A stretch of DNA of 20,000 bases from Craspedostauros australis. Its lineage: Eukaryota. Positions 11,387-20,000 of this stretch are shown here, piece by piece. Made by a program: the position numbers and the translations under genes. The stretch spans positions 54,048 through 74,047 of the forward strand of contig JALAGF010001637.1 of assembly GCA_030167865.1 (NCBI GenBank), written 5' to 3'. Below the pieces are notes generated by a model that worked only from the letters and a program-made list of their open reading frames with translations, searched no databases and was not told the DNA's origin. The number at the start of each line of letters is the position of its first letter. The stretch's first letter is position 1.

Positions 11387-13743
11387 CTACTTTTGCGTGT
11401 AAACCTCTTCGACTTCATCATCGTCGCTGTCATCATCGTCGTCGTTGGCCTGTCGGGCCTTCTTGAGCTGCTCCTTCTTGAGGGCGGCGTCGGACTTGGG
11501 GGCGATGGCGGGTTCGTTCTTGTCGTCGTCATCATCATCGGAATCGTCGTCGGAATCATCGTCCGAGTCCTCCTCGATGTTGGCGTTCAGCATCTCCTCG
11601 AACAGGGTCGGCTCGTCATCCAGCGCGGCGTCGTCGGGGTGCATCTTGTACTCTGGCAGCGCGGCGTTGTCCAGCGTGGTGAGGCTCACCTTCTGCGATT
11701 GGTCCAGGCCCACGTAGGCGCTGGACATCACGTGGAGGTCGAATTCGTACGTGCCCACCCGCGGGGCGAGGAATTTGATGGGGTGCTTCACGACGCGGTC
11801 CGCGTTGCCCACCTTCTCGATGGAGATGATCTTGCCCTCCTTGGTACCGAGTATGATCCACCAGGCCTCCTGCTTGGGGTACGGGAAGTGGGGGGCATGC
11901 ACGAGTCCTGCCTTCTCGCCTTCCTTCAGGTTGTTGCGCGTGATGGTGACGCGGACCGTGCAGAGGTCGCCTTCGTACACCTTGTCATCCTCGTCGTCAT
12001 CGACGAAGACCTTGCTCTCGACGGTGATGTCGGGAAGGATCTTGAGGTAATCCATCACGTCCTTCTTCTGCTCCTCCGAGAACTTGGCGAGGCCCTTCTT
12101 CTGCTCATCCGGCACCTGGCGGTATTCGACGATTGTGGACGCCTTGCCCTTGCCGGTCTCGCAGTGCTTGACCTCCTCGGGCGTGAAGTGCGGAAGCTGC
12201 AGCAACGTGGAGTCCTTGACCCACATGGCTTGGGTGACGTACTGACCGAACTCGATGCAGTTCACGGCGGTTTGCAGGGAATCCTGGTGCTTGCAGACGC
12301 TGATCATGGCGTCGACGAGGCTGCTGGAGACGCGCAGCATGTAGTTGAGATCCTCGACCATGAGCGCGTCCTTGATGGTGCTGGCCTTTCTCAGGAGGTG
12401 GGAATGCATGAGGACGTTGCCCTTGACGCAGACGGGGTGGTTGTACTTTGGCTTCTGCATCTGCGCCTTGACGAGCGACATGAGCTGCGCGATCTGCGAC
12501 TTGTCCTCCGCCGATTTGGGGACGTTGCGCTTTCTGAATTCCGCGCTGCCGGCCACGACTTCCGGCAGCGACTTGACCAGGGTGTGCTCGTTGAGGGTGA
12601 AGTGGTACCACGAGTAGGTGTCGTACATGACGTCGTTCTCTCCGAACTTGGAGGAGTCGGTGTAGTAGGTCCAGACGCAGAATGGGATGACGCCGACCAT
12701 GATGATGAGGTAGACCATGAGGACGAGGTTGCGGTTGCCGGTGTCGAGGAGGAAGTCCGGGAGGCCGATGCTGACCTCCAGCGATTGCTTGCCGTCCGGA
12801 TTTCCGTACTTCTCCCAGTTCTCACGCGCGGTCTCATCGGTGAGGGATTCGTAGGCTTTGGAAATCATCATGAAGCGTGCCTCGGCTGCTCTGTCTCCCG
12901 GGTTCTTGTCAGGATGGAACTTGAGAGACAGGGTTCTGTAGGCCTTCTTGATGACCTTCGCGTCGCTGTTGGAATCGATCTCGAGGATGGAGAAGGGATC
13001 GAAGGAGTTGACCTGACCGTCGCTGGCGACCGAGGTGCTGAGCCACAGGAAAAGCGCGGTGAGCATGAAGGTGAGGATGAAGTTGAAGACGAAGCCCTTC
13101 GATTTGAGCACGTTGCCCAATCCCTTCCTCTCCTTTTTGAGGTTTTCCGCCTTGGCCTTTTCAGCGGAAGTGCGCGTGATGGCCCCCAGCTTTTCATCGG
13201 TGATGAAGAGCGCATTGTATATCGTGCCGATGATCGAGATCCATGCTGTGATTTGGTTGATGGGGTCGATTGGGTGGGTGGAACAGAATGAGGAAGATGG
13301 GATGTGACGAGGTGGGGAAGGAGACGATGGAGATGTCAGAACGCAGTCGTCAGCAGTGAAACGACTATTGTCACACAATGTAATGTAAAGCAATGGAATA
13401 TAAAGCAATATGATGCAATGTGCTATGCTGTGCATGCATTGGCAGTCTGCTCTGGCTTGATCTGAAGAACCACAGGCCCCTGATGATTCTATCTCAGCCA
13501 TCAAACGCAGCTGCGCACTTGCTGTTGCGTGTGCTCAGACTTTCCCTGGCTCATCTGGAATGAACGTTGATGAATGATCGCATTGGCGACTTTGTGCGGA
13601 GCAATCGGGCATGCCGCCCAACGCCTGCTTCATTTCAGACCATCATACTGGTTGGAAGACGCAATGGACTCACATGGGACGATGTACAGCGTGATGAAGC
13701 TGAGCGCGAAGAAGTAGAAGGCGGAGTTGTCGTACTGCAACAT
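11387..13743 (-). CDS. SEC63: ER translocon J-domain subunit Sec63 (ERdj2); exons 13743-13674 and 13245-11387, ~642 aa
   Basis: Exon 1 encodes the typical Sec63 N-terminus MLQYDNSAFYFFALSFITLYIVP. Then TM2, a J-domain (FDPFSILEI...YRTLSLKFHPDKNP...NWEKYGNPDG), IGLP, TM3, a Sec63/Brl domain (LLQLPHF, VHAPHFPYPKQEAWW, YVGLDQ) and an acidic C-terminal tail. Confidence 0.95.
13246..13673 (-). other. Spliceosomal GT-AG intron of SEC63 (428 nt, phase 1)
   Basis: Donor T|GTGAGT at 13673 and acceptor ATCACAG|CA at 13246, after a C/T-rich tract. Splicing gives in-frame ...YIVP-S-WISII. Confidence 0.88.
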
Positions 13744-14859
13744 CTTGTGGTTGGTGCCTTCGTGCGGCTTTCTGTTTGTCTTGGTGTTGGTTGTCTTGGT
13801 GGTGGTTGGCCTGGTGTATGCCTTTGACCTCTGCTTTGAGTATGTCTACTCTATCTGTGTCTGTCTCTGCCTCTGTCTCAGTCAATGCAGGGTGTGATTC
13901 GAAATGCTTCCACTCTCTGGAAGATGTTGTTGCTGTTGTTGTTGTGGTGTGTGTGCGTGCGTGTGATTCAACGAAGGAAGAAACTCCACTGTTGCGTTGT
14001 TGTGGATCCAACGTCTCCCGTTTGCGGTGTGTGTCTGTCCGTGTGTGTGCTTGGTTGTGCTTGGTTGTGCTTGGGGAGTGTGGTGTGAGTTGGGGTTGGT
14101 GGTTGGTGCGTTGCTTCAACCACACACACGCAACGCCTCGAACAACATGGAAAACAGCGATGATGGTGGACACAACCACACAACAAACTGCTCGAGTCAC
14201 AGAGCGTGAACGAATGAAACACGCGGCATGAAACGTGTTGAACAAGTTGACTTGATCGATTCCACGTGGCATCAAATCGTACTGTGTCAGATCATAAGGT
14301 ATGTCATATTGTAACCGTTTATATAAGTCATATATTATGTCTGTCTGTACCACGGCATTCATCACTGGCCGAACAAGAACAAACCGACGAAGAACTCGGA
14401 CATTGATGCGACATGAGGTTGTGACTCATTCCAGAATTTTGACACGTCAAGGTTCCAACCAACGCTTCGATCAAACGCAAGAACCGCCGCGCGCCAACAC
14501 GTTTTCTGGCATCACGGCTTGTCGGAACTGATGAGAACTGTCTCTCAGTTGGGAGTTGGCGATGTGTTGATGTGTGTCTGTGAAGTGTTGCAGTTGCAAA
14601 GGATTGGAGTGCTTTTGGTGGATGTCTGCTGCGTGACACAGACACTCAAAGACCACACCAGAAAGCAGACCACAGAGAGCGAGTCGCTGAGAGTGAAGGG
14701 AAGCAACAGTCGAGGACCACAGAGAGGACTGGAGAACCTGCGCAACACATCCACATCCACAGACACGCACAATCAGATTCACACATTCAGATTCACAGAT
14801 CCAAACAACGAACAACGAGCAACCGCACAAGAGAGGGCAAACGCAACAGATTCGACAAG

Positions 14860-14895
14860 CTGAACGGACTGAACAAACTGAACAAACTGAACAGA
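14860..14895. repeat. 9-bp tandem repeat (CTGAACAAA-like) x4
   Basis: CTGAACGGA CTGAACAAA CTGAACAAA CTGAACAGA. Confidence 0.9.
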
Positions 14896-15029
14896 TCTAC
14901 GTACAAAGACTCTTCAGGGAGCTCGTACGACTATTGTCGGAACACATCCATCCAGCCAACCAGCAACATTCCAATACTCGTGCGCGCGACAAGTCTGAGA
15001 CCGCCGTCGTCGCCAAGGTGAAGCATCAA

Positions 15030-15048
15030 CTCTCTCTCTCTCTCTCTC
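15030..15048. repeat. (CT)9 dinucleotide microsatellite
   Basis: CTCTCTCTCTCTCTCTCTC read directly. Confidence 0.95.
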
Positions 15049-15188
15049 CATTCGCAACAACTCCCGACGAGCAGTCCGCACAGAAAGCCACCAATTGACA
15101 AATCACAGCAGGACACAAGTCCAATCCCTCTCTTCTCTTCAGAGGCCGCCAGCTGCCTTTTGTGACTGCTGTCGCTGTTGCGGCTCAT

Positions 15189-15221
15189 ACGAGTATCACA
15201 CAAGTATCACACGAGTATCAC
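15189..15221. repeat. 11-bp tandem repeat (ACRAGTATCAC) x3
   Basis: AGTATCAC cores at 15192, 15203 and 15214. Confidence 0.9.
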
Positions 15222-15507
15222 TGCAGGTGTCATTGTCAGCGTTGTCATCTTCATCAGTATCAACGGCAACACCAACGGCAACACCAAACAAAGCAAAGCG
15301 AACAGCTCCCGCGACGCAAACTTCAACAGAGAGGCGTAAACACATCGCACCACAGCATCAAGGTTCCGAATTCCGCACGACAGAGTCGCAGAGCCTTGGT
15401 GTTGGTCCGATCGATGCCGAAGCAGACGCAGGTGACCATAGTTGCAACACTCATTTCAATTTGAACACGACACAACACAACACATCAACGACAGAACATA
15501 TATCACG

Positions 15508-17022
15508 ATGCACAGTCATCCCACTGCCAGGAGAGCCATGCTGCTCGTCATCGCTCTGTGCACATGGCCTTGCTTGGTGCTTTCCGTTTCACCTCCTGCA
15601 CCCATCGCAGACAGCAGGTTCTATCAGGAACATCTCTCGCACATTCGAACCAACCAACCCATTCCTTCCCTGTCCAATTCGCTCCAGATCCGCGGCGGTG
15701 GCAGGGGCAGTTCAAGCACTGCCGACAGACGCAACAGGGCATCATCAAACGCTGATAATGGCCAGGATGCAGACCCGATCGCGTCACTGGCACGCCAGCT
15801 CTCATCGTCGGTTGGACAGCAGGCTTCGCGCGTTGGCACCGCCCTGCAGGAATCAGCCCAAACATTCAAGAAATCCCTGCAACAATCTGATGACGACGCT
15901 GTCGACGATAGTCGATCTAGCGATAGCAGTGATTCGCCTGCTGCGGATGGCGCTAGCATCAGGGCAGGGCATAAGAGCAGAATGCCTCCTCGTGGCATGT
16001 GGGGACTGAGTCATGGCAGCAAACATCATGCAGCACCATCAAACGGTCGAATGGGTTTGAAACGCCATCACATCTCTCCGGTTGTGCCGTTTCTAGGAAT
16101 GCAATGGATCCGAGTGGCCCTGTCCATCCGAATATTCATGGAGGTGCTGGACTACTGCGGATGGATTGACCAGGACGCACCCAACAAGCTCAAGCAGAAC
16201 GTCATTTCCGTGTGGGGCCGGACCAAACCGAAGGTCGAAAGATGGCAAACGCGCGTGCACAACTGGTGGGACGAAGGTCAGCAGATGCACGTCCTGTGGC
16301 ACCCCTCCACCTGGTCCAGCCGGCAGCGGTTCCTGCAGGCATTGCACCAGCTCCCTTCCAAACGCCAGTTCACCGTCGGCGCCTGGATCGGAGTCCTCGC
16401 GACATCGTCCGTCATGTGCATCGCGGCATCGTCGACCCTCACCGCGGCGTTGCTGACGCGGTGTCTGCAACCCCTCGCATCCGCATGCCTGGGCCCGGCC
16501 GCAGCCACGTACGCCTGCTCCGAGATTAACTTCTCCTACAAGCGAAAGCGCAGGGGCTGGAACCTCAAGGAGATCACGGGCGGCGACGACACGATGGGCG
16601 ATGCCATCGACAAGGGACTCGAGTCGGTGCGCATCCGCGTCCGCAAATTCCTGCGGCGGACGAACGCATTCTTCACTTCCAACTTTGTCGAATCCAAAAT
16701 CGCGTACGAAGCACCGAAGTCGGAAGATGCGCTTTTGGATGATGAGATCAACAACGTGCTGCGATCCTCCGGTGGCTCGTCGAGCTACTACTTTGGGCGC
16801 ATGCGACAGCAGTTCATCGAGCTGCAGCAAGGTATCAAGGAACTCAAGGAAGAGCTGGGAGTCCGGACGATGTCGTCGATGACGGGGGAATCATCGGGTA
16901 CGTCATCGGGAAGGGCCGCGCTGGGTCCGAAGTTGGCGCTGCCGGTGTCCATCAAGAAAGGACTGGCGGTTGGAATCAGTTCCACCTTGTTCCTCTTCCA
17001 TGCCAACAGTGACACTGGATGA
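15508..17022 (+). CDS. Hypothetical secretory-pathway membrane protein (~504 aa; signal peptide, LQIRGG motif, hydrophobic segments, short coiled coil)
   Basis: 1.5-kb open frame with ATG at 15508 (alternative 15538). Hydrophobic leader MLLVIALCTWPCLVLS, a C/G-ending codon bias in the 3' half, TM-like segments (FTVGAWIGVLATSSVMCIAA; GLAVGISSTLFLF) and heptad-like MRQQFIELQQGIKELKEEL. No family recognised. Confidence 0.7.
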   Translation: MHSHPTARRAMLLVIALCTWPCLVLSVSPPAPIADSRFYQEHLSHIRTNQPIPSLSNSLQIRGGGRGSSSTADRRNRASSNADNGQDADPIASLARQLSSSVGQQASRVGTALQESAQTFKKSLQQSDDDAVDDSRSSDSSDSPAADGASIRAGHKSRMPPRGMWGLSHGSKHHAAPSNGRMGLKRHHISPVVPFLGMQWIRVALSIRIFMEVLDYCGWIDQDAPNKLKQNVISVWGRTKPKVERWQTRVHNWWDEGQQMHVLWHPSTWSSRQRFLQALHQLPSKRQFTVGAWIGVLATSSVMCIAASSTLTAALLTRCLQPLASACLGPAAATYACSEINFSYKRKRRGWNLKEITGGDDTMGDAIDKGLESVRIRVRKFLRRTNAFFTSNFVESKIAYEAPKSEDALLDDEINNVLRSSGGSSSYYFGRMRQQFIELQQGIKELKEELGVRTMSSMTGESSGTSSGRAALGPKLALPVSIKKGLAVGISSTLFLFHANSDTG

Positions 17023-17939
17023 TTACGGTGATGTGCCAGGGTAATTCTACTCCGCCACATTCAAATTGGCACCCAGTTTTATGCCTCGGAGTAGAAGCAA
17101 GATACTGCGAGCATCAAACCGGCCCAAGCGAAAACAGCTATTGCATTACATTATACTTGAGAAAACAAAGACAAACCGCAGCATGCGGCGGCGCATCCCC
17201 GTGCATACACAAGGGGAGAACAACGAGCGGGAAGTATGCGATATGAAGGAAACATACCGCGCGCGTCACAGCACGTGGAATGAGAGCACAGTCAGTGGAT
17301 ACCGTTGCTGCAAAAATACCAGCGAGCAACTGCCTTGTCACGGCAATGACAACATTTTGAAGCATCGCAGAAGTAAGCGAGAATCTGCACACGACGAATG
17401 CAACAACGAGATGAGCAGACGGGCCACAAAAGAGATTGAGACGTATAGTAGGTACATAGGCGTTGGACGATGAAGGCGCATCTCCCGTTCGGCGGCAGAA
17501 CATTGGTAAGTATTCGCACTGTCTGAAGCATCATTCACACAATGCCAACGTAGGTCACGTGAATAAGCAATCAATCGATGGTTCCAACCTTCGGTACGGT
17601 TGGCGCTGTTCCCGCAATTCCACACACCGCAATGAAACACTCGAGGACACCCAACCTGAACGGAATTAAACACCATTGCGACAAGTGAAGCCACAACAGG
17701 GGGAAAGGCGAAGGCAGGACATGATGCATCCATTCAGCAGAGTATGTAGAAGTACATGAGGCATTCATCTTACGTAGAGAGACAATGATAACAGCAACAA
17801 GCTGACAGGACGTTCCGAAGAAGGAGCTTCTCTTTTCTGAGAAGTACCAGGATGCCCGGCATTTGTCTTTGCACTACACTACAACGCTCCTGATGCTTTC
17901 CTTCCCAGATGGGAACAGCACGTCCACAAACGACCGACT

Positions 17940-19586
17940 CTACACGGACATCGTGGACTCGCTCTGTTTCCGCTTCCGTGCTTCCCTCGAGGCTTTCATC
18001 TTTGCAATGCGTTCCTGTATCTGGCGTTTCTTGTCGGCTACCGTCAGACCACCAGTGGTATCGGCGTTGCCACCATCTCCCTGTGTCGCCGCGGATACGA
18101 AGGACGAATTGACGCGGACCTCCTTTTGGTGAACGCGCCTGTCGGATTTGCGATGCCGGCGGTACCACGATGATTCCGCATTAGCAGACGGCATCTCCTC
18201 CATCTGATCGTCCGACATCGAGTCGTACCGACCCTCCAATTCATCCACGAGCCCAAGTGCAAGGTCCAAGGTCCGCACGCCGCGGGAATTGGCGAGCCTC
18301 AACCGAAGATCGTGCTGCTCGTTGAGGTAGCGATGAAGGAATTTGAACAAATGCCCGCGCATGATGCTGACGGATCCATCAGGACCCAAGACACCGGGCA
18401 ATGGCGGGGAAACGTCCCTGCACACCCCTAGGTAGTCCCGCGCGAAGCCAACTTGCTGCCGTAGCCTCTCCCGCGCCGTCAATGGTAAACGCGACGATGG
18501 CTGGAAGATGTTGGGCGTCTCAAGCAATGCCTCCGACGACATGGCGGCGTTTGCATTTGTCGTTTCCAGAATCGTGCGCACGTCCTCATTGTACTCCATC
18601 CCGCCGTTGGCCACGATCTGGAAGTCGGGGTCGATTTCCCGCGCTTTGGAGGCGGCCAGAGCCACGCGATCCACATGGCACGCGGCCACCTTGGTCTTGT
18701 TCTCGTGCAACGTTCTACCGTGGATCGCCAGATGATTGATGCCCGTGGCGATCAGCTTTGGAATTCGCCGCAGCATTTCGTCGTCCTCTTGCGGCAGCCG
18801 TATCTTGCAGGAGACGGCGGTTTTGGGAAAGTGCTCTCGCATGGATTTGGACAATGCCGCGAGGATCTCGCACACCCGATCGGTGTCCTTTTCCATGAGG
18901 AATGCTCCGTAATTCCCCTTGCGCGCGATGCCCTGCGGACATCCGCAGTTCAGGTCAAACCCGCTGACGCCGCCCTCTGCATGCTCTTGTATCCGCAGCG
19001 CCGTCTCCAAGATCTTGTCAACATCGTCACCGGCAAGTTGGACGATGAGCGGTGCACGATCGTCTTGCGCCGTTTCGTGAGTGTCACGAGGTTGAGATTC
19101 GCCGTCCTCGATTCCCTAGCACCGCCGCTGCGAGGCTGAGAGTTTGGGATAGGTGATGCCCGTCTCCCACAGATCCAGATGGGTGGCGCGGAACGTTGGA
19201 TCGGAGCAAAAGTTATTGCAATGCAGCATCTGTGTGTAGGCCAAGTCGACGAAGTTGTTCTTTCGGAGGAAGTACCGAAACGGGTAATCGCTGGCCGCAA
19301 CCATGGGCGCCGCGATGGAATGTATGGGAAAGTCTGGATGGGATGGAAGAATCAAACCCTGTGGACGTTCCGGCTGCTGCTGCGATGATGATGATGATGA
19401 TCGTGCTAATGTTTGGCCTGCCATTCCATCTGCGGACGAAAACAACGCGAACGAACTTGGCGTTGCCGATGCTGCAATCCCCAAGCTGTGGGCGGCGTTG
19501 CTTGGTGGGCAGAAAGTTCGCGTTACTCTTCGCGACAGCGGACGAAGCCTGGTTTGGAAGGCGACGGTCGAGGCTTGGGCAGCCAT
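17940..19586 (-). CDS. DUS1: tRNA-dihydrouridine synthase, Dus1-like (~548 codons), interrupted by one in-frame TAG at 19116-19118 (nonsense allele, sequencing error or readthrough)
   Basis: Upstream of the stop: IAAPMVAASDYPFR and LAYTQMLH. Downstream in the same frame: PLIVQLAGDD, GFDLNCGCPQGIARKGNYGAFLM (catalytic Cys), VSCKIRL, LAIHGRT, IVANGG, MSSEALLETP, RGHLFKFLH. The start is uncertain (ATG 19586, or upstream in-frame ATG 19787). Confidence 0.88.
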
Positions 19587-19916
19587 GGTGGCGCCCACCT
19601 GAAGCCACACGAGGCTCAGCAGATAGGAATATGAGGATGGGCGGCCTTGTGATTGGTCCGAGCACCGCTTCTGAATGAGGCCACGGCTTCCTCGCTCATT
19701 GCCCGATGAGTGGACGCCGCTCTGCCTTGCTTCGTTCTCCGAAATGCAGCTGCCGACTTTGGAGCATTGCCCGGTCTCGACTGCCATTCTGAGCGGAGAT
19801 GTTCAGCGCCTCCAAGAGCTCGTGGAGTACCAATGGTGCACGAGGAGAATGATAGAACGCGATGCCAACATCCAAGAAGACTGAAGTCCGCCAGTGGTGT
19901 AGAGTACGATCTATTA

Positions 19917-20000
<84 letters not shown>
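19917..20000. repeat. (TAG)n trinucleotide microsatellite, 28 perfect units, running off the window end
   Basis: Uninterrupted TAG repeats read directly from 19917 to 20000. Confidence 0.99.

Noticed and set aside
11321-13291. 656-aa + strand ORF antisense to SEC63
   Set aside because: Shadow ORF in codon register with SEC63. Strong C/G-ending codon bias removes TTA/CTA/TCA and hence antisense stops. The V/L/G/H-rich translation has no recognisable motifs.
13246-13504. ORF-track N-terminus of SEC63 (MMAEIESSG...)
   Set aside because: Lies within the predicted intron. The Sec63-like N-terminus is in the 13743-13674 exon.
13530-13650. Possible intronic C/D snoRNA in the SEC63 intron (ATGATGG...CTGA on the minus strand)
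   Set aside because: Imperfect C box, no terminal stem and no rRNA-complementary guide I can recognise.
14860-15221. CRISPR-like or mobile-element repeats
   Set aside because: Repeats are short, adjacent and spacer-free. No transposase, reverse transcriptase, TIR or LTR is visible in the window.
17023-17939. Short ORFs in the convergent spacer before the DUS1 stop
   Set aside because: No motifs or coding bias; consistent with 3' UTR or intergenic DNA.
11387-19118. Genome-wide TAG reassignment (alternative genetic code)
   Set aside because: Only one internal TAG in ~13.5 kb of coding sequence, and TAG terminates SEC63 and DUS1 at plausible ends.

Overview
Gene-dense eukaryotic DNA, most likely from a diatom or other stramenopile; this is inferred from gene families, intron style and low-complexity inserts. 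Six protein-coding genes are supported: (1) a 5'-truncated RIT1-like initiator-tRNA A64 ribosylphosphate transferase (+); (2) a GT92/DUF23-like type II membrane glycosyltransferase (-); (3) a two-exon GBF1/GNOM-type Sec7 ARF-GEF (-); (4) a two-exon SEC63 (-); (5) an unknown signal-peptide membrane protein with an IRGG motif (+); (6) a DUS1-like tRNA-dihydrouridine synthase (-). The window ends in a (TAG)28+ microsatellite. The clearest anomaly is a single in-frame TAG (19116-19118) inside the otherwise intact DUS1 frame, which no canonical intron removes. Also worth checking are an H/ACA-like two-hairpin element between GBF1 and SEC63 and an intact CX5R phosphatase loop in RIT1. I cannot support a wholly new biological system from sequence alone.
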